From Azolla caroliniana (taxonomy: Eukaryota > Plantae > Polypodiophyta), in NCBI GenBank assembly GCA_043228905.1, contig JBHGNT010000006.1, forward strand, positions 18,104,001 through 18,168,000: a stretch of 64,000 nt of DNA. The letters run 5' to 3'. Made by a program: the position numbers and the translations under genes. Shown here one piece after another: positions 1-11,549 of this stretch (positions within the stretch are counted from its first letter, which is position 1; the number at the start of each line of letters is the position of its first letter). The notes below the pieces were generated by a model that saw only the letters and a program-made list of their open reading frames with translations, was not told the origin of the DNA and did not search any database.

Positions 1-2875
1 CAAAGTGGAGAATCTCGGCCCAATCGTCCTGTTGATAACTCAGGAAACACCGGAGATATTGCTCCAACGTTTGGTTTGTTCGTTCCGCCTGTCCGTCAGT
101 TTGAGGATGGTAGCCGGAGGAGAGGTTGCAGGAGACCTTGAGCATCCTGAAGAGATGCTGCCAAAATTTGGAGACAAATTGCGGGCCTCGGTCACTGACA
201 ATACTGTCTGGTAGGCCATGATGCCGAAATACCTCACGCATAACAAGAGCGGCGGTTTCCTCGCTAGTGATGGCTTTAGTACATGGCACAAAATGTGCCA
301 TCTTCGTATATCGATCGACGACGGTTAGGATAGCATCGAACCCCTTCGAGACCGGCAGATCTGTAATAAAATCAAGACAAATAGACTGCCACGGCTTACT
401 TGGAATTGGTAAAGGTTCCAACAAGCCATATGGATGGTGTCGTGGCATCTTTGCTCGGCAGCAAGCATCACAGGTCCGAACGTAGTCGTCGACAAAACGG
501 CGCATGTGGGGCCACCAAAAAGATCGCTGCACTAACTCCAACGTCTTGGTACTACCGAAATGTCCCGCCGTATGGGTGTCATGACAATGTTGGACGATTT
601 GAAGGCGACAGGAGCAATCGGGGACATATACGCGCTTTTTAAAGAATAACAAACCATCATGATATTCGAATTGTCGGTAGTCAATACCTGGTTGTTGAGA
701 CTGAGAACAGGATGCCCGAGAAGTATCAATGTGCGCCAGGATGTCTTGAGCAAAACTATCTGTCTTCAAGGTTGCACGTATGTCATCGGTAATCCGTGAA
801 TCCATCGGGGTGTGAAAAATCCGCGTCGTGTGCAATCGTGTTGGTCCCAAGATTACTTGCTTTTGATTATCAAATGTTGCGTCACCAGGACGAGGTGCAA
901 GATATGAACGCCGTGATAGTGCGTCTGCTTTTCCTTGCTGCTTCCCCGGTCGATATGTGATTTCGAAGTTGAAACGCGTGAGGAATTGCGCCCACCGAGC
1001 TTGCCGTCGATTTAGTACGCGAGCGTTCTGAAAATAAGCAAGATTTTTATGATCGCTAAAGACAATGACTTGATGTGGAGAGCCCTCTAAGAAATGCCGC
1101 CATTGTACAAATGAATCCACGATGGCTAATAACTCCTTGTCATGTATTTCGTAGTTGATTTCTGCGACATTGAATTTGCGCGAATGGAAAGCCACCGGAT
1201 GCAACTCTTCTTTATCGCCTTGTTGAGAAAGGATGCTACCGAGGGCGAAATCTGATGCGTCGGCCTCCATGATGAATGGTTTGCTTGTATCCACATGAGC
1301 TAGAATCGGTGCTGATGTAAAGGCTTTCTTAAGATGCCGAAAAGCCATATCTGCTTCGATGGACCAAAGAAATGCTTGGCCCTTCTTCGTAAGTTGAGTG
1401 AGAGGTAAAATAATCTTCGAGTAATCCTGTATAAACTTACGGTAGAAGTTAGCAAAGCCTAGAAAACATTGTACATCTCGTACCGACCGTGGAATTTGCC
1501 ACTCTAGTACAGTTTGGATTTTAGCTGGATCCATGGCGATGCCCTTTGAGGAGATGACGTAGCCTAGAAATTCCACTTGCTTGCAGTCAAAGCTACATTT
1601 CTCTAGCTTGGCATAAAGACCATTCTCGCGGAGTCGCTTTAGTACTAATAGTACATGAGAATCGTGCTCTTCCTGGGTCTTCGAATAAATCAAGAGATCA
1701 TCCAGATAAATGATCAAACAGATATCCAAGAGGTCTCTGAATATATCATTTGCCATGTGTTGGAAGACTGCGGGTGCATTGGTTAGGCCAAACGGCATAA
1801 CAGTATACTCGAAATGCCCATACCGCGTGCGAAAAGCGGTCTTCCACTCATCTCCCGGTCGGATCCGCACGAGATTATACGCTCCTCGTAGGTCGATTTT
1901 AGTAAAAAACTTGGCACCATTAACTCGCTCTAAAAGACTTGATATAAGAGGAAGTGCATACCTATTCCGGATGGTGACCTTATTCAATCCGCGGTAATCA
2001 ACGACGAGACGAAGTGAGCCATCTTTCTTCTTGACAAAGAAGATGGGTGCACCGGCCGGAGATTTCGAATGACGGATGAACCCGCTTGCCAAGTTCTCCT
2101 CTATGTAGGCTCGAAGGACTTCTAACTCGGTGGGTGACAAGTTGTAAATTGGTCCCCATGGTGGCTCGGTTCCTGGTTGTAAATCGATGGGACAGTCATA
2201 GGGACGGTGATGAGGAAGGGTACCGGCTTTTACCTTGTCAAATACATCGGCATAAGGATGATATTTTGCCGGAAGTTGTATTGAGGAGTCCTTCTTAATA
2301 GTGCTAGAAGGATGTACTGATATGGCAAATAGGAACATTGCCTCCTTGGGTCCTTCTTCGCGTAGTTGATGGAGTGAAATGGTCGAAACTCGGTGAGTTG
2401 ATTCTTGGGGTGGTCGATATCGGACTTCTCTTGTTCTCCAATCTATGGCTGGATTATGTAATTCAAGCCAAGGTAATCCTAGGACAATGGGATGCTCTGG
2501 ACTACTAATTATATTAAATGATATTATACACACAAAACTACCTAGGACAACTTGAATGGGTTCTGATTCTTCTACAATATTCCCGGAAGCAATGGGACGA
2601 CCATCAATGACCACTACAGATGCGGGACAAGGAAGTTTTCTTAAGGATATCTGAGAGGCTTGGGCAAAATTTCGATCCATGAAACAGGAATTAGCTCCGG
2701 AATCTAAAAGTGCTAGGACGGGTACTGGGGGAGTACTTTTAGTACTAACAATGACTTGGGCTAGGAACACATTGCTAACTTGCTTGGAAGGAATGGAACC
2801 ACTAATGGGCTGTACAGATCTAGGGCTGCTGTCCAACCAAATGGCTCCTATTTTGGCTGGACTCAATCGTTTAAC
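1..2875 (-). CDS. pol: Pol (PR-RT-RNaseH-INT) in the -1 frame relative to gag, apparently open to the window edge
   Basis: LLDSGANSCF (PR), YLDDLL (RT), DASDFALG (RH), VSDRGPQF and HPQTDGQAER (INT). The frame at 2875 matches the frame at position 4, and no stop-terminated ORF is listed for that frame. Confidence 0.9.
2821..2875 (-). promoter_or_regulatory. Putative -1 ribosomal frameshift signal (G UUA AAC, 6-nt spacer, 11-bp stem-loop or pseudoknot)
   Basis: Heptamer 2875-2869 lies in the only gag/pol overlap; stem GTCCAGCCAAA/TTTGGTTGGAC is conserved at 40600-40651 and 52666-52615. Confidence 0.75.
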
Positions 2876-4020
2876 TCTTCATCTAATTGACTAAGGATTT
2901 CAAATTTATTTGAGATACTTGGGCTATTAGTACTATGAATACTATCTGACACTCTATTAGTACTATTAATACTATCAGACACTCCAAAGGGAAGAATTGA
3001 TTCGGGTTTAATACAGGCGACGATTTGATTTACCTGTCTTCTTGGCCTATGGGGACAATTGATGGCGATATGTCCGGGTCCACCGCAATAAAGACATAAT
3101 CGATTGGCACGTCGTCGTTGCTTTTCTTCTTCCGATAACGGGCCGCGTCGACGCATGGTATCGATCTCCATCGGTGTCGAAGTATTTTCTTGAGGTGTGT
3201 CTCGTGCAAACGGTTTAGCCGCGACTGTGGCGTAAGTGGGCTCTGGCCTAGAGCGTGGTATCTGTAATTGACGTTCTGAACGCCGTTCAAAAAGGCGGTT
3301 GTCACATCGAACTGCTCGACTGATTGCCTCCGTAAGAGACTTTGGTTCTTCGGGGAAAGTTAGAAGTAGATCTTTGACATCGTTTCGCAAGCCATAGCGA
3401 AACTGCTCCATTAGTGCTTGATCATCCCAGGGTATATCTGAAGCAAGTAGGCGGAAATCCGCCGCGTAGGCAGAGGCTGGACGATCGCCTTGACGCAATC
3501 GCCGGATCTTGTTGATCGCCGTCCTGATGCTGTCGGTGTCTCCAAAGCAGGCTTTAAACTCACCAATAAAATCTTCAAAGTTATTAAGTAAGGGTGATTG
3601 TTTTTCTAGAAGCGGAGCAAACCATGCCAAGGCTGAGCCGCTAAGTAGCGTGCCTATTAGGCCGACTCGAGATGCATCAGTGGGATATCGGGAAGGATGC
3701 ATCTGGATGACTAAGCGTACCTGATTAAGGAATCCCCGGAATTGCGAACGCGTTCCATCAAATTTCACAGGAAGTCCAATCTTGGGCTCTTTATGAAATC
3801 CTTGGGGACTAGATCCTTGTTGTTGCAATGCTGCTTCGAGTTGTTGTACCCGTAACGCTAACTCCCCATGTTGTTGTTGCGTTTGTTGTTTTTCTAGAGC
3901 GATTTGTTGCAGATCCCTTATCAGCCGTTGGTTTTCTTGTTCCAGGGCAACAAACTTTTCTTTTAGGCACTGTAGCTCGGAGAAAACGGATTGGTATTCT
4001 TGGGCGCTAACAGTAGCCAT
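2863..4020 (-). CDS. gag: Gag (retrotransposon capsid, CCHC zinc knuckle)
   Basis: 385-aa ORF: coiled-coil N-terminus, PVKFDG motif, LRQG-like MHR region, TPMEID, CLYCGGPGHIAINC. Confidence 0.95.
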   Translation of the reverse strand: MATVSAQEYQSVFSELQCLKEKFVALEQENQRLIRDLQQIALEKQQTQQQHGELALRVQQLEAALQQQGSSPQGFHKEPKIGLPVKFDGTRSQFRGFLNQVRLVIQMHPSRYPTDASRVGLIGTLLSGSALAWFAPLLEKQSPLLNNFEDFIGEFKACFGDTDSIRTAINKIRRLRQGDRPASAYAADFRLLASDIPWDDQALMEQFRYGLRNDVKDLLLTFPEEPKSLTEAISRAVRCDNRLFERRSERQLQIPRSRPEPTYATVAAKPFARDTPQENTSTPMEIDTMRRRGPLSEEEKQRRRANRLCLYCGGPGHIAINCPHRPRRQVNQIVACIKPESILPFGVSDSINSTNRVSDSIHSTNSPSISNKFEILSQLDEELND

Positions 4021-4075
4021 AGTATAGGGAAAAGGGTAGGAGGATGAGGGAGAGTGACAAGTAGGCTAAAGGAGA

Positions 4076-4089
4076 AAATTGGTTCAAAC
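4076..4089 (-). promoter_or_regulatory. Non-tRNA primer binding site (self-priming type) TTGAACCAATTT
   Basis: Directly after the LTR CA; no TGG; 12/12 complementary to LTR 4299-4288 (AAATTGGTTCAA), 33 nt downstream of the TATA box. Confidence 0.8.
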
Positions 4090-4510
4090 TGTCAGGAATA
4101 GTACTAAAGCAGAGATGGAATTAGTACTAAGAAGAGTAGTACTATTAGTACTAAGAAGACAGGACTGCGTAAGATTCCCGAGAGAGAGGAAGTGAGAAGA
4201 GGAGAGAGAGAGAAATAGGATGATGACAGCAACTCTTATATTATATGAAAGATAAGTACAAATCGGCTAAGAGGCTTAAGACTGGTGTTGAACCAATTTG
4301 GTTCAAAACAATGCCTTGTGCCTCCTTTTATAGTGTTTTTAGAAATAATCTTGAAGCTTCTAGAATGTTCCAGAGAGATCTGGAATATACATCAATTTTC
4401 TATGATAAAGTATAAATGAAAATAATATCCTACAAAATACAATTCCTAATCTAATGGTAAGAGCTCGACCCATGTAGCATAAAGTCATGGGTTCGAGTCT
4501 TGCCATGACA
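4090..4510 (-). repeat. 5' LTR of G1 (421 bp)
   Basis: TG...CA ends; TATAAAA at 4332-4326; homologous to the LTRs at 17360-17939, 22970-23380 and 53769-59656. Confidence 0.9.
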
Positions 4511-7500
4511 CAGACCATAACATACATTAGACTGCCGACGGCCGAGGCATATGGTACCTTCCTCATCTCGGCCTTCTCCTTCTCCCCTTCCGGGCACTGC
4601 TTCACATTCAACCTGCAATTTTTTAGCAACACCAAGCCGACCGGCTTTGCGTCCGACATGTTGAAAATTTTTAGGATCTTCGTCACATACTTTTGTTGTG
4701 ACAACCATAACACCTTTTGAGTTCTGTCTCGAACTATGTGCATTCCTAAGATTTGTTGAGCCGGTCCAAGGTCTTTCATGGCAAACGACTTGCCTAGAGC
4801 TTTCTTCAAGCTTCCAATCTTCCTTGTGTCTTGACCGACTATCAACATGTCATCAACATCTAACAAGAGAATCAAGAAGTCTCCTTCTTCGTACCTTTTG
4901 ACAAACACACAGTGCTCGGCTGGTGTTTTTTGGAACCGGTGTTCCATCATGAAGGACTCGATATTCTTATACCATTGGCATGGAGCTTGTTTCAGACCAT
5001 ACCATCTTTTCTTTAGTCGACACACTAGGTTCTCTTTCCCTTTCTCCTCAAAGCCTTCGAGTTGCTGCATGTAGATTTCTTCTTCTAGCTCCCCATGCAA
5101 GAATGCGGTTTTGACATCCAACTATTCGATCTCTAGGTCCATACTAGCCGCTATACTCAGAACAATTCGAATGGATGTCATCTTCATGAATGGTGCGAAT
5201 ATTTCGTCAAAGTTGACGCCCTTTTTCTGTTGAAAAACCTTCACAACTATGCGGGCTTTATACCTGGGCTCACTATTGGCTTCTCCAGTCTTTACCTTGT
5301 AGACCCACTTATTCCCGGTGCTCTCTTACCTTTCGGCAGCTCTACCAAGTCGTCGGTGTAATTCTCGTGCAAGAATTCCATCTCATCTTCCATCGCGCTC
5401 AGCCATTTCTCTTTGTGCTTGTCAGCAATGGCTTCTTCATAGCACTCCGGTTCACCTTCATTAGTCAAGAGGATGTATTCACTGGCATATATTGTCAGTG
5501 CTTTCCTTTCTCTGAGTGAAAATCTCCTTCCACTCGTTGTTGGCTATCTTTCGGATGTCTCTGCCAACTCTTCTCTCCGCTCAGGTTCTTGCACGTCAAT
5601 CGGTATCTCCAGGTTGGAGGACTCCAACTCATACTCTTCAATTGACCTTAGCAACTCTGCCGACTTTGAATCTGAGTCGGTCGGTCTCTCCGAGTCGACC
5701 GACTCGGATTCAGCTGTGCCGACTGGCTATCTCCGAACAACTGACATTGTCAGTTCACTTGACTTTAGACCGACGATAGTCGGGGTTGACTGGGGAGTCG
5801 TATCCGACTTTTGTTACTTCCAGTCTTCAATCGTCTTATCTTCAAGAAAGACTACGTCTCGACTCCTCACTACCTTCTTGTCGACTAGGTCCCATAGCCT
5901 ATAGCTGAACTCATCTTCCGAGTATCCCATGAATATGCATGCTTTCGACTTACTGTCGAGCTTTGACCTCTAATCCTTCGGTGCATGCATATACCCCAAA
6001 CATCCGAACACCCTCAGGTGTTGGTAGGAGACATCCTTCCCTGTCCACACTCTCTGTGGGAGATCACCATTTAATGGTACTAAGGGAGACTTGTTGATCA
6101 GATAAACAGTTGTGTACATTACCTCAGCCCAATAGGATTTCGGCAGTTTCGCATGAGAGAGCATGCTCCTTACCCTCTCCATGATTGTTCGATTCATCCT
6201 CTCTGCAAGCCCGTTCAACTCTGGGGTCTTCGGCACTGTGTATTTGATCTGAATACCTTGGCCCTTGCAGTATTCCTCGAATTACCCTCTATACTTGCCA
6301 CCGTTGTCGGTTTGAACAACCTTCAACTTCGGACCTGACTCTTGTTCAGTTCTAGCTTGGAGCTCCTTGAAAACTGACAGTACTTGATCCTTTGACTTCA
6401 GTACGAAGGCCCATGTCTTCCGACTATAGTCGTCGATGAACGTCGCAAAGTACTGTCAACCTCGATGCGATGGAGCATCTACATAACACACATCCGTGTG
6501 TACCAGTTCCAATGCAGCTTCTCTTCTTCTTGGTGGTCTTGTGGGGAATGTTTATCTGTTCTGCTTTCTGACTAAGCAGTCAACACACTTCTCCAGGTGC
6601 ACTCCCTTGACTTATGGTAGAAGCTTTTGGTCGGCTAGCAGGTGCATTCCTTTCTCACTCATGTGGCCTAGCCTCTTATGCCATATCTCTCCTGTCGAGT
6701 TGGCTGCCACATTTACTTCGGATTTGCACAGTCGGGCATGCATCATATATAATGTGCCTTCTTTCTGTGCTCGGGCCACTATAAGATTTCCTCGGCAGAA
6801 CTTCCACTTGCCATTCCAAAAACTACCACTATAGCCTTCGTCATCTAACCTTCCAGTCGATATCAAATTTAATCTGATATCGGGGACGTGTCAAACATCC
6901 TTCAGAGTCAGTCGACACTCTGTCGACGTTGTCAAGCAGACACTTCCAACTCTGGCTATCTTGCACTCTCCACTATCACCCATTTTCACATAACCGTGAT
7001 CTTCGGCTATGTAAGTCGAGAAATACTCTCTCGACACAGTTATGTGGAACGATGCCCTGGAATCAATCACCCAAGTGCATTCTTCACTTGCAAGATTTGC
7101 ACTTGTCTTTTCATAGATGAACAACAATTCTTCATTGCTCGTAGCAATGGCAGAAGTTTTCGTCTCATCAGGAATCTTCCTGGGTTCGACATTGTTTCCG
7201 ACACCCTTGTCTTTTCTCATGTGTCGGCAGTCCTTCTGGAAGTGTCCAGGTTTACCACAGTAAAAATGCACTAGCTTACCTTTGGACTTCGATCTGGCTT
7301 GGGACTTTTCTCTCCTTAGTGGACTTCTTTGCCGATTCCTTCCTCTGTCTGAATGTTGTGTTACATTCGACTTCGACTGGGACAAGATTCTCTTGTCCTT
7401 CCTCCTTGCCTCCTCATTTAGGATGCTTGTCTTTACGGTTTGTAAAGACAAGTTCTCTTCTTGACAAGAGGTACTGAGAGTGACCACCAGGTTCTCCTAG

Positions 7501-8554
7501 CTATTCGGCAGTGTGCACATTAGCAGAATGGCCTGCATCGCATCATGCAGTGGAAACTTGGTTGCAGCAAGTTGATTCACATACCCCATGAATGTGCTGA
7601 TGTGTTCGACAATACTCTCACCGTCCCTGTATTTCAGCCGTACGATCTTTCCCATCAGTAAGGTTTTATTGAGCGCGTTCTTCCTCTCATATAGACCCGA
7701 CAGCTTCTGCCACATCTCGTGTGCATTTGTGTCGTTTGCCACATGTTGCAAAACACTTACGTCGACGCATTATCGGGTGGTGGCCACCGCCTTTCTATTA
7801 AGAAGTTTCGAATCCAACTCCAATACCCCCCTGGGTATATCTGCTCTATCGAGTGGCTCATACATGTCTTTGACTATGAGAAGGTCCTCCATCTTTATCT
7901 TCCAATCTGCATAGTTATGTGACTTTAGAACTATCATGCTTGGGAAGTAGCTCACACCTCCTTCCATGCTTGCCCCTCAAGCTCTGATACCAGATTGTTG
8001 AGAATCGATTCGTAAAACCACAAGATCAAATGATGCTGAAAATACACTACACAGACACACAACGACACAGTACACAAAGATTTACATGGAAACCCTAAAA
8101 AATAGGAGAAAACCACGGGAGAGTAAGTTTCACTATATAGTGGATATACAAGATAGAGATTATAACACTCGTTCTGAGTGTATCACCCTCACAGGGTTCT
8201 TGGTGTCTACTGTTACGCACACAACTATGGCGCCGCTCTCTCTATCTCTCTCTTTCTCTGGCGTCTGTCTTATGCACACTTCTATTGTCGTCACGTCACT
8301 ATGTTTTCCCTAGATGTATATATATATACTGATACATCGTGTGGACTATTTACAATTGTAGCCACTGCTAACATATCATTACTATTATTATTACTATAAT
8401 AATAATAATAATTTGTTTAAATAATCGACTCTATGTTGTCAACTGTCAACTGTCAACTGTCGGCTATTTCCGAGTAGTCGGTTCCTTCGACTGTTCGACT
8501 GTCGGCTACTTCCAAACAATCGGTTCCTCCCACTAGAGGGACATATCCCCAACA
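4511..8554 (-). mobile_element. Ty1/Copia Tto1/Tork-like element, decayed; 5' LTR 7996-8554
   Basis: PBS TGGTATCAGAGC (tRNA-iMet) at 7992-7981; gag from 7967 (NYADWKIKMEDLL); CGKPGHFQKDC; INT NGLAERMNRT; RT DVKTAFLHG; many stops and frameshifts. Confidence 0.9.
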
Positions 8555-10738
8555 TTTTCCACAATCATTCGTGCATTGGTTGGAGGGTGCACTAGTTTGC
8601 CAACAAGGATCCAAGGTTTGGATGGACTGCAGTACCATGGCAAGGTTTGTGTTAGGTGGCAAATTGGTATTGGATATTGCATTCAAGCAGGGGTCTCCAT
8701 TTCTTTAACGAGCATGTTCTTGAAATCGTTTTCCATCTATTTGTGTGATGCCAAATGTGCTCGAGTTTGGGTTTGACTTTGCTTCAATTAGGGGTGAGTC
8801 TTGTTTGTGCATTTGTTGTAGTCCATGTTCGAGGAGAAATAGTTATTGGTGGAATGCTTCATGGGCCACCTTACATTTGGGTATCACCACATCAATTTCG
8901 TAGCCTATCCTATCAGTTGGGATTGTTCCTTTTGACCAATTGATTATTCATACCTCCTCTTTTTTCCTGATTTTAATCACTTCTAGGGTTTCATGATGTT
9001 GGCATTGTAACCCATCTCCATCAATCTCATGGTTTTGATATGGATTGTGTATAGGAAGTGTATTGTTTTGGATGTCATAGTTCAAGTTTAATTTTTTGTG
9101 CCACTCTACATGTCGATCACCTTTAATGCTCCCAATCTTGGTTTCTAGTGTTGCTTTTGGTTGTTCTTTTCCTGTCTCATTGTTCATTGGAGGAATCATG
9201 TTATGATGGGATAGGTTTTATTTAGTTTTCCTTGTGGATCTTGAAAAGAAGGGTCACATTTTAACGTAATGCCACAAGCTCTAGCAAAAAGAACACTAAC
9301 AACAAAAGACCATGTCTCTAGACCTTTGTCCAATGTTTAATACCGCTATCCCATGGCCAAAACTTTGACCTTTCCTTAGTTATGTTGATTTATTTTAGAA
9401 ATCTATTTGTAATAACTTACAATTGATGACACCGTTTGGTAACCTCTTATAGGTCAAATGTGCAAGTCAAGAAGCCTTAAACATACCTCAACAACATGTG
9501 TGACAATCTTCTTAATCTAAAATTGCATGATTCCTTTCAAAGTTGGAAACATTCTTCTAATCATTATTAGTATATAGTTCAAGAAGAAAACTATTTGAGA
9601 TTAGTGGCATGAAGAAATAGGAAAATATTACATAATGGAAATAATTTTCGAGTAACTATGAACAGGTGATCCTTGAAATATTATGTGGTCAATAGAACCT
9701 CATGGGTTGTTTGGCACAATGGCCAAACCTCATTAAAGACTTTAATATTCCATTAGATAACTTCAAATGATTTGTCAAAATATTTGTTAATGCTTTAAAT
9801 CATATTCAAAGTTAACTTGATTAACTGCATTAACAATCTAATCATTATTATCATCTTCGAGGAAAGTTCCTTGATGACAATTTCCTCTAAAAATTCTAGG
9901 CAAAAGCTAAACCATTTATAGGTGCTACTAAGCATTGCAGCCTCGAAAGGAGTCTTCCACAATGATAACAATCTACTCAACCATATTGGAAAGGTTTGTG
10001 TTCCAAATTTGTTTGAGTTCAAACACCCTCACTAAGGCATCTTGTAATACATAATACACTTGTTTTCATTTGCACTCATTTCATTTTACTTGATATTAAT
10101 GATCAATGTGAATAAATGCCACCATTGTCAAGTTACCCAAACATAAAATTAGTGACAAAGATTGTTAGTCACTTTTGAATTTTTTGTTAAAGTTTCCATT
10201 GTGGAACTAGAAACGACCTTGAGGAGAGGTACAAAACAAGAAAGGGCATAATAAAGGTCATTAACTTAGTACAAGAGCTTTTGGGTTTGAATTATTCTAG
10301 CACACATCAAAGTCAATCTCTTTTCTTACATTTGCATAGCCTTATCAAAAAATACTAAGAATGTGAAGCATTCTTTTCATTGAATTACGTCAAAACTAGT
10401 TAGCACTAGTATTTTTAGTTCTTTTGCTTGTTATTTTTTCTTTTCTCCCTTAACCGCCTGAACATTAGGGCAATATGATGTTATGGGTTATTTGTCACAT
10501 ATTGACTGTACATCATGATGTATTTAGTCTCCTTTATATGTGCAATATGGGGGTCTAAGAACACTGTATGTAGATGAATGAGATATGCCAAATGCTTGTT
10601 CTCGAATTTGACCAATGGTTTAAGCCAAAGTGATTATAACCTCCAATTCCAACCAAGAACATTGTAAACATGTTCAGAAAATGTTGAGTATTACATCGAA
10701 ATGGACATGTAAGATAGACTAGCCAAATTAAAATAAGG

Positions 10739-11200
10739 TGTAAAGAATCTAACTCTTGTAGAGTTGGAGTATGCAGAAGCGTATTGTGTGTGTGAGAGTG
10801 GCTGTGTGAGCAAAAGAAGGAATCAGAGAGAATAACTAGAAATAATACAGTAAGGGAATGATAACTTATGCACTGAAGAGAAAACTATATTAATCAACTA
10901 AAAATCATCGACAAAACATAATGGGCCAAGGGTGTTTTATATACAAGTTCTCAAGGGACTGCCACATTAAATGTGGTTGGTGGAGTCTACTCATATATAT
11001 CCAATTGAGTATGATTCTGTCATAAGAATATCTGATATTCTTTTATCACATTATATGTGACAACTAACTCGATTTTCACAATTTAGTTGTTCGTGTAACT
11101 AGACAGTTTACACATATTACAATAAAGTGTCCTCATGCACTTTTTCACACATTGTGCTTTTCTTCATAAGAACATGTTCACATAAGTTGAGATTGTGTGA
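10739..11200 (-). repeat. Probable degenerate LTR remnant related to the LTR at 14362-14742
   Basis: The minus-strand end GATTCTTTACA matches the end of the LTR at 14742; TATA-like and CT/CA tracts; the other boundary is not resolved. Confidence 0.35.
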
Positions 11201-11549
11201 TGGTCACCATGTGTTGGCTAGGACCTGTGACCTATGTGTACATATGTCAAGGACTTAACCATTACGCTATCTAATGTACAAATGAAAAATAATGTCTTGA
11301 TCCAGGAAGAAGTGGAACATGAACTTCGGTATTTATAAAATAAAATCTCCTCCTTTGTTTCTCATCATATGTTTTCTTTGATTGTGTGTTACAACTGTCT
11401 TATAATTTTATGTGTGTTCTAGTGTTCTAAATTGTTTTCCTTGTGGGATCACCTTGAACAATTTAGGTAGTTTTTTGCTTGAAGCTACGTTTGATGAAGA
11501 CTATCTCACCTATAGGGAACCACCCAAAAAATGCAACTAGTGTAACCTA

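Larger units (their letters stand above)
1..4510 (-). mobile_element. Ty3/Gypsy chromovirus (Tcn1/Tf1-sushi-like), young copy G1; 5' LTR, gag and pol, with the 3' part outside the window
   Basis: LTR TGTCATG...TGACA at 4510-4090; PEG10/Rtl-like gag; PR-RT-RH-INT order; inserted into a Copia RT (flank 4511 onward). Confidence 0.95.

Noticed and set aside
2860-2870. Stop-codon readthrough between gag and pol
   Set aside because: The gag frame hits a second stop (TAG) 5 codons later, and the protease is in the -1 frame
8555-10730. Host gene in the AT-rich interval
   Set aside because: Only short stop-riddled ORFs with no recognisable domain; probably an old repeat remnant, left unassigned
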